Below are positions 63,440 to 64,000 of a stretch of DNA of 64,000 nucleotides, one piece after another; within the stretch, counting starts at the first letter, position 1, and each line of letters begins with the position of its first letter. The stretch comes from Antechinus flavipes (taxonomy: Eukaryota), in assembly GCF_016432865.1 (NCBI RefSeq), contig NC_067399.1, positions 89,900,001 to 89,964,000 of the forward strand, in the 5' to 3' direction. A program made the translations under genes and the position numbers. The notes under the pieces are model-generated. The model did not search any database and had not been told where the DNA came from. It was given only the letters and a program-made list of their open reading frames with translations.

Positions 63440-63950
63440 ACAGGTCCATCTCATTTCTGTAAATAGTTTTGTACAAATAAGTCATTTTCCCTTTTTAAAA
63501 AAATCTCTTTGGGATACAGGCCTAATAGGGGTACTGCTGGGTCAAAGGTATACACATTTTCATAGATATATATACATATATAAATATATACATATATTGA
63601 ATTGTTTAATTATTTTATTTTTCTGTTTATACATGTATATTAACATTTTAAATGCATATTTCTTTATAAATCAGTTAGGAGAGAACACAGAACAAAAGCG
63701 AAAAACCACAAGAAAGAAAGAAAAATAGAAAAAGAATGTGAACATAATATGTGTTGATTTACATTCAATTTCCATAGTTCTTTTTTCTGATATAGATGGT
63801 GTTTTCTATCCAAAATTTATTGGGATTGCCTTGGATCACATCTTTCATAGTTGATCATCACACAATCTTGCCATTATTGTGTACAATGTATTTCTGCTTC
63901 TGCTTGTTCCTCTCAATATTAGTTCATGTAAATCTTTCCAGGCCTTTCAT
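63440..63950 (-). mobile_element. L1 3' fragments with a (TA)n interruption
   Basis: ttgggatacaggcctaataggggtactgctgggtcaaaggtatacaca; catagttgatcatcacacaatcttgcc...gtaaatctttccagg. Confidence 0.75.
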
Positions 63951-64000
63951 AGGCAATATATGCACACTCTGAATGGGCAGAGGAGAAACTTTGTAACAAA

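Noticed and set aside
1-64000. Known miRNA, tRNA, rRNA, snRNA, NUMT or CRISPR features
   Set aside because: No match seen by eye to the common conserved mature miRNAs or structural RNAs I checked. tRNA-like motifs are SINE heads. Anything under the N-runs cannot be assessed.

Overview
This is marsupial genomic DNA, probably a dasyuromorph, judging by a WSINE1-type SINE alongside MAR1, MIR, L2, marsupial L1 and Charlie4-like repeats. I cannot support any protein-coding gene. Every ORF in the track is an artefact of N-runs, low complexity or GC richness, or is a decayed repeat fragment. The window has two kinds of territory. (1) Two blocks (~11.9-19.4 kb and ~36.3-44.4 kb) contain no transposons I could recognise. 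The second holds CpG-rich promoter-like islands, which is the pattern typical of a developmental-regulator locus; I cannot name the gene. (2) The rest is repeat-dense, including a rearranged L1/L2/LTR graveyard at ~48.8-59.1 kb. All 11 N-runs (132-503 nt, 2307 nt total) fall in unique, repeat-poor DNA, and some are separated by islands of only 36-114 nt. They look like masked or filtered highly conserved elements rather than assembly gaps. Other notable items are a Y-box cold-shock-domain mRNA relic next to an L2 tail, a decayed Ty3/Gypsy-type integrase frame, a solo LTR with a perfect 6-bp TSD inside L1 RT, two local inverted duplications, and a perfect 23-bp inverted repeat pair. Repeat family names come from recalled consensus features, not from a database search.
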